Virus record (IMG/VR): IMGVR_UViG_3300023231_000002
Coordinates: 1-36,717 of that record
Direction: 5' to 3' (one strand)
From: a virus
DNA length: 36,717 nt
How positions within the stretch are numbered: position 1 is the stretch's first letter; each line of letters starts with the position of its first letter. The position numbers and the translations under genes were made by a program. Of this stretch, positions 35,302-36,717 are shown piece after piece. The notes under the pieces were generated by a model. That model ran no database searches. It worked only from the letters and a program-made list of their open reading frames with translations, and had not been told where the DNA came from.

Positions 35302-35684
35302 CAGCTTGTTGCTTGTTTTGAGAGATAGGTTTTAGACAAGCAGAAAAGCTCCTCCACCACTTGGATCAAACTCAGCTCACCATCCTCAGCATCCCCATCA
35401 GCAGTGGTGATTTTTATTTCAGCCTTGAATATCTCATGAGGCCATTCATCACTTTCTCCAGATTCAATTTTGATTCTGATCTGGCCAGTGGCTGGATTCA
35501 CAGTTTCAATATCTGAAAAATCAGTGAGAGCATTCAATGAGAATCTGCCCAGAATTCTGGCCGGATTGGAGGTGCATATCAAAATCACTATCCCTGATAA
35601 GTCAGTGATAATGATTGGAGATCCATCTGGAGTGGTGAGATTAAAATCAATTTCAAAATCCTCACCAGGATACCTTGTTTCCAT
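35301..35684 (-). CDS. Hypothetical protein, 127 aa (beta-sandwich/Ig-like impression only); first gene of the late operon
   Basis: ATG at 35684 checked. Preceded by a 197-bp non-coding region. Confidence 0.5.
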   Translation of the reverse strand: METRYPGEDFEIDFNLTTPDGSPIIITDLSGIVILICTSNPARILGRFSLNALTDFSDIETVNPATGQIRIKIESGESDEWPHEIFKAEIKITTADGDAEDGELSLIQVVEELFCLSKTYLSKQATS

Positions 35685-35835
35685 CTATTGCTTTTCACAA
35701 AGATGCAGATGAGATTTGAATTTCTATAGACAAGTGCAAGATACTGAAATATTTGAAAATCACGCCATAACTCTCCGAGTAACGGCTTTTAACAGCCGCT
35801 AAAAATCATTGCGAAAAGCAACGAATTTTAGCTTA

Positions 35836-35845
35836 GTGTTAGGTG
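35836..35845. repeat. GTGTTAGGTG, left arm of the 10-bp inverted repeat flanking the methyltransferase gene
   Basis: Exact reverse complement of 36542..36551. Confidence 0.8.
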
Positions 35846-35881
35846 CAATAAAATAAAAAATCCCACCGCACTTTTGTTTTT

Positions 35882-36508
35882 TCAAAACAATTTGGTTTGC
35901 ATTTGTGTCTCTCTCAGCCATTTCATTGCTTTATTATAATATTCTGTATCACGTTCACAGGCAGTTAAATCAAACTTTTCTTCGTGGCAAGCAATCGCTA
36001 TACTTCCGCTTCCTAAATGCGTATCTAATATTTTTAATCCATCCTTGCCAAACCTGTCTAATATCCATCTATACAAATACACTGGCTTTTGTGTTGGATG
36101 TATTCTTTCAAGTCCATCTTTAGCATTTGCACCAACCCAACTTTTAGATATTTTACGCAATGCACCATCAAAAGAAGTCCAAGCCAATTCACCATCTGCA
36201 AAATCATTATCCCCAGTTCCTTTATCCCAAAATAACCAAGCCGAAGTAGGTTTTAAATATTCTGTCATATAGTTCCCACCCCAAACAATTTGATTTTTAC
36301 TTACTCTAAATAATTCATCAAAGTATTCTTTGTCTGGTATTTTAGAGTCCCAATCTTCAATACCTCTATATATTTTCTTTTCCCCATTCCCTAACGTCAT
36401 TTTGTTTGCTCCAATCCCATAAGGTGGGTCAACAATAGCCAAATCAAAGTAGTTATCTTCGTATCGTGCCATTAGTTCCATATTATCTTCATTCGTTATT
36501 TTAATCAT
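35882..36508 (-). CDS. DNA methyltransferase (beta-class N6-adenine / N4-cytosine, DPPY type), 208 aa; orphan
   Basis: Motif IV DLAIVDPPYGIG, then IHPTQKPV, then AdoMet motif I LDTHLGSGS, in the order typical of the N6_N4_Mtase family. No nuclease gene adjacent. GGGAGG lies 8 nt upstream of the ATG. Confidence 0.9.
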   Translation of the reverse strand: MIKITNEDNMELMARYEDNYFDLAIVDPPYGIGANKMTLGNGEKKIYRGIEDWDSKIPDKEYFDELFRVSKNQIVWGGNYMTEYLKPTSAWLFWDKGTGDNDFADGELAWTSFDGALRKISKSWVGANAKDGLERIHPTQKPVYLYRWILDRFGKDGLKILDTHLGSGSIAIACHEEKFDLTACERDTEYYNKAMKWLRETQMQTKLF

Positions 36509-36541
36509 TTTTTTTGCCTCCCTATTTTTTTATTTTACAGC

Positions 36542-36551
36542 CACCTAACAC
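36542..36551. repeat. CACCTAACAC, right arm of the inverted repeat flanking the methyltransferase gene
   Basis: Exact reverse complement of 35836..35845. Lies 34 nt upstream of the methyltransferase ATG. Confidence 0.8.
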
Positions 36552-36586
36552 GTAATATATGGCATAGAAAAAACGCCACATATTAC
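36552..36586 (-). other. 12-bp stem hairpin downstream of gene 13..279 across the circular junction
   Basis: Arms gtaatatatggc (36552..36563) / gccacatattac (36575..36586). One position is a G-U pair on the minus-strand RNA. 11-nt loop. Confidence 0.35.
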
Positions 36587-36590
36587 CATC

Positions 36591-36717
36591 GTTGTAAACC
36601 ATTTAAGAAAGTGTAGTTTCTATTTTTGTACGCAAATGATCAACGTCTTTTTTGAAAAGTATATCGCAATTCCAAGGAAAGTACCCGTTCATAAAATCGC
36701 CTCCATAAATGAAAACG
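36591..36717. repeat. Terminal direct repeat, copy 2 (circular-assembly overlap)
   Basis: Identical to 1..127. Contains only a duplicated 3' fragment of gene 13..279. Confidence 0.95.

Noticed and set aside
36591-36717. Second partial copy of gene 13..279
   Set aside because: It is an artefact of the 127-bp assembly overlap, not a paralogue.
1-36717. Stop-codon reassignment, or a diversity-generating retroelement
   Set aside because: Long late genes (TerL, portal candidate, tape measure, the 688-aa protein) are intact under the standard code, so no recoding is needed. No reverse-transcriptase-like ORF and no long near-identical template/variable repeat pair was seen.

Overview
This window is a complete tailed-phage genome recovered as a circular assembly. 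Bases 1..127 recur exactly at 36591..36717, so the unique genome is 36,590 bp. It carries about 50 genes. All but two are on the minus strand, and most are chained by ATGA/TAATG start-stop overlaps. Modules below follow the minus strand in descending coordinates, wrapping through the junction. (1) Early/replication module, 8663->3046: a possible HTH protein, a DUF4406-like protein, a DnaA-domain-IV-only protein and an 1100-aa CHC2/Toprim primase fused to a P-loop helicase. It is followed by a 10-bp iteron array and an AT-rich tract, a candidate origin. (2) A lower-GC, loosely packed block of small genes, 3034->13 and 36508->35882: a DUF4326 protein, a small membrane protein and an orphan DPPY DNA methyltransferase. 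(3) Head module, 35684->29780: a ClpP-type prohead protease/scaffold and a capsid candidate, closed by a strong terminator. (4) Packaging/virion module, 29722->17382: TerL, a portal candidate, a holin-family protein and large tail proteins. (5) A 444-bp non-coding gap holding a structured element. (6) Lysis operon, 16937->13755: a 4-TM protein, a 57-aa holin-like ORF missing from the ORF track, an M15 peptidase endolysin, a patatin-like phospholipase and secreted proteins. (7) A last unit, 13335->9466: a lipoprotein and the tape measure. The two plus-strand genes are a 211-aa catalytic-domain-only tyrosine recombinase (8834..9469) and an 83-aa moron with a bidirectional terminator (13431..13720). 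Three things suggest a Bacteroidota host, as inference only: almost no Shine-Dalgarno sequences, a TAnnTTTG-like box, and lipoprotein/secreted Cys-rich proteins. All functional calls rest on motifs recognised by eye; no database search or computation was possible.
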